Assembly (NCBI RefSeq): GCF_006345805.1
Contig: NC_043004.1
Coordinates: forward strand, 3,658,001 to 3,722,000
Source of the DNA: Octopus sinensis
Lineage: Eukaryota
DNA length: 64,000 nucleotides
Reading direction: 5' to 3'
Under the pieces are notes generated by a model, which did not search any database, was not told where the DNA came from, and worked only from the letters and a program-made list of their open reading frames with translations. The position numbers and the translations under genes were made by a program. This document shows positions 63,785-64,000 of this stretch, piece after piece (the stretch's first letter is position 1; each line of letters starts with the position of its first letter).

Positions 63785-64000
63785 GACTCTTATTCTTTTC
63801 TTTTATTTGTTTCGGTCATTTGACTGCGGCCATGCTGGAGCACCGCCTTTAGTTGAATGAATCGACCCTATGACTTATTCTTTGTGAGACTAGTACTTAT
63901 TCTCTCGGTTTCTTTTGCCGAACCGCTAAATTTACGGGGACGTAAACACACCAACATCGGTTGTCAAGCGATAGTGGAGGAACACAGACACACACACACA
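63785..64000 (-). mobile_element. SINE family B 3' module, running off the window end
   Basis: Reverse complement of the family B 3' module. Confidence 0.9.

Overview
Eukaryotic, AT-rich, microsatellite-saturated DNA. The three tRNA-derived SINE families and the repeat landscape point to an octopus (coleoid cephalopod) genome; this is an inference. No intact host gene is recognisable. Almost all ORFs in the track are simple-repeat read-throughs, and every recognisable protein motif comes from a transposon. Elements found: a full-length but frameshifted L1/Tx1-clade LINE (36057-41318, minus) with a 15-bp flanking direct repeat, followed by the 5' part of a diverged sister element; a full-length DD34D mariner (26412-27701); a heavily decayed Penelope-like element with RT and GIY-YIG (~51340-53300); five R4/Dong-type fragments; RTE/BovB fragments; hAT, Tigger and Helitron non-autonomous pieces; two foldbacks; and dozens of SINE copies. 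Most interesting: (1) a tRNA-headed SINE carrying a Penelope-type hammerhead, inserted as an inverted doublet inside one 13-bp TSD (55618-56080); (2) a SINE family that repeatedly sits at a fixed position inside its own family members, and whose tail mirrors the 3' end of the Tx1-like LINE in this window; (3) two diverged Tx1-like elements stacked head-to-tail at the same 15-mer. SINE and degenerate-element boundaries were read by eye and are approximate (about 10-30 bp).
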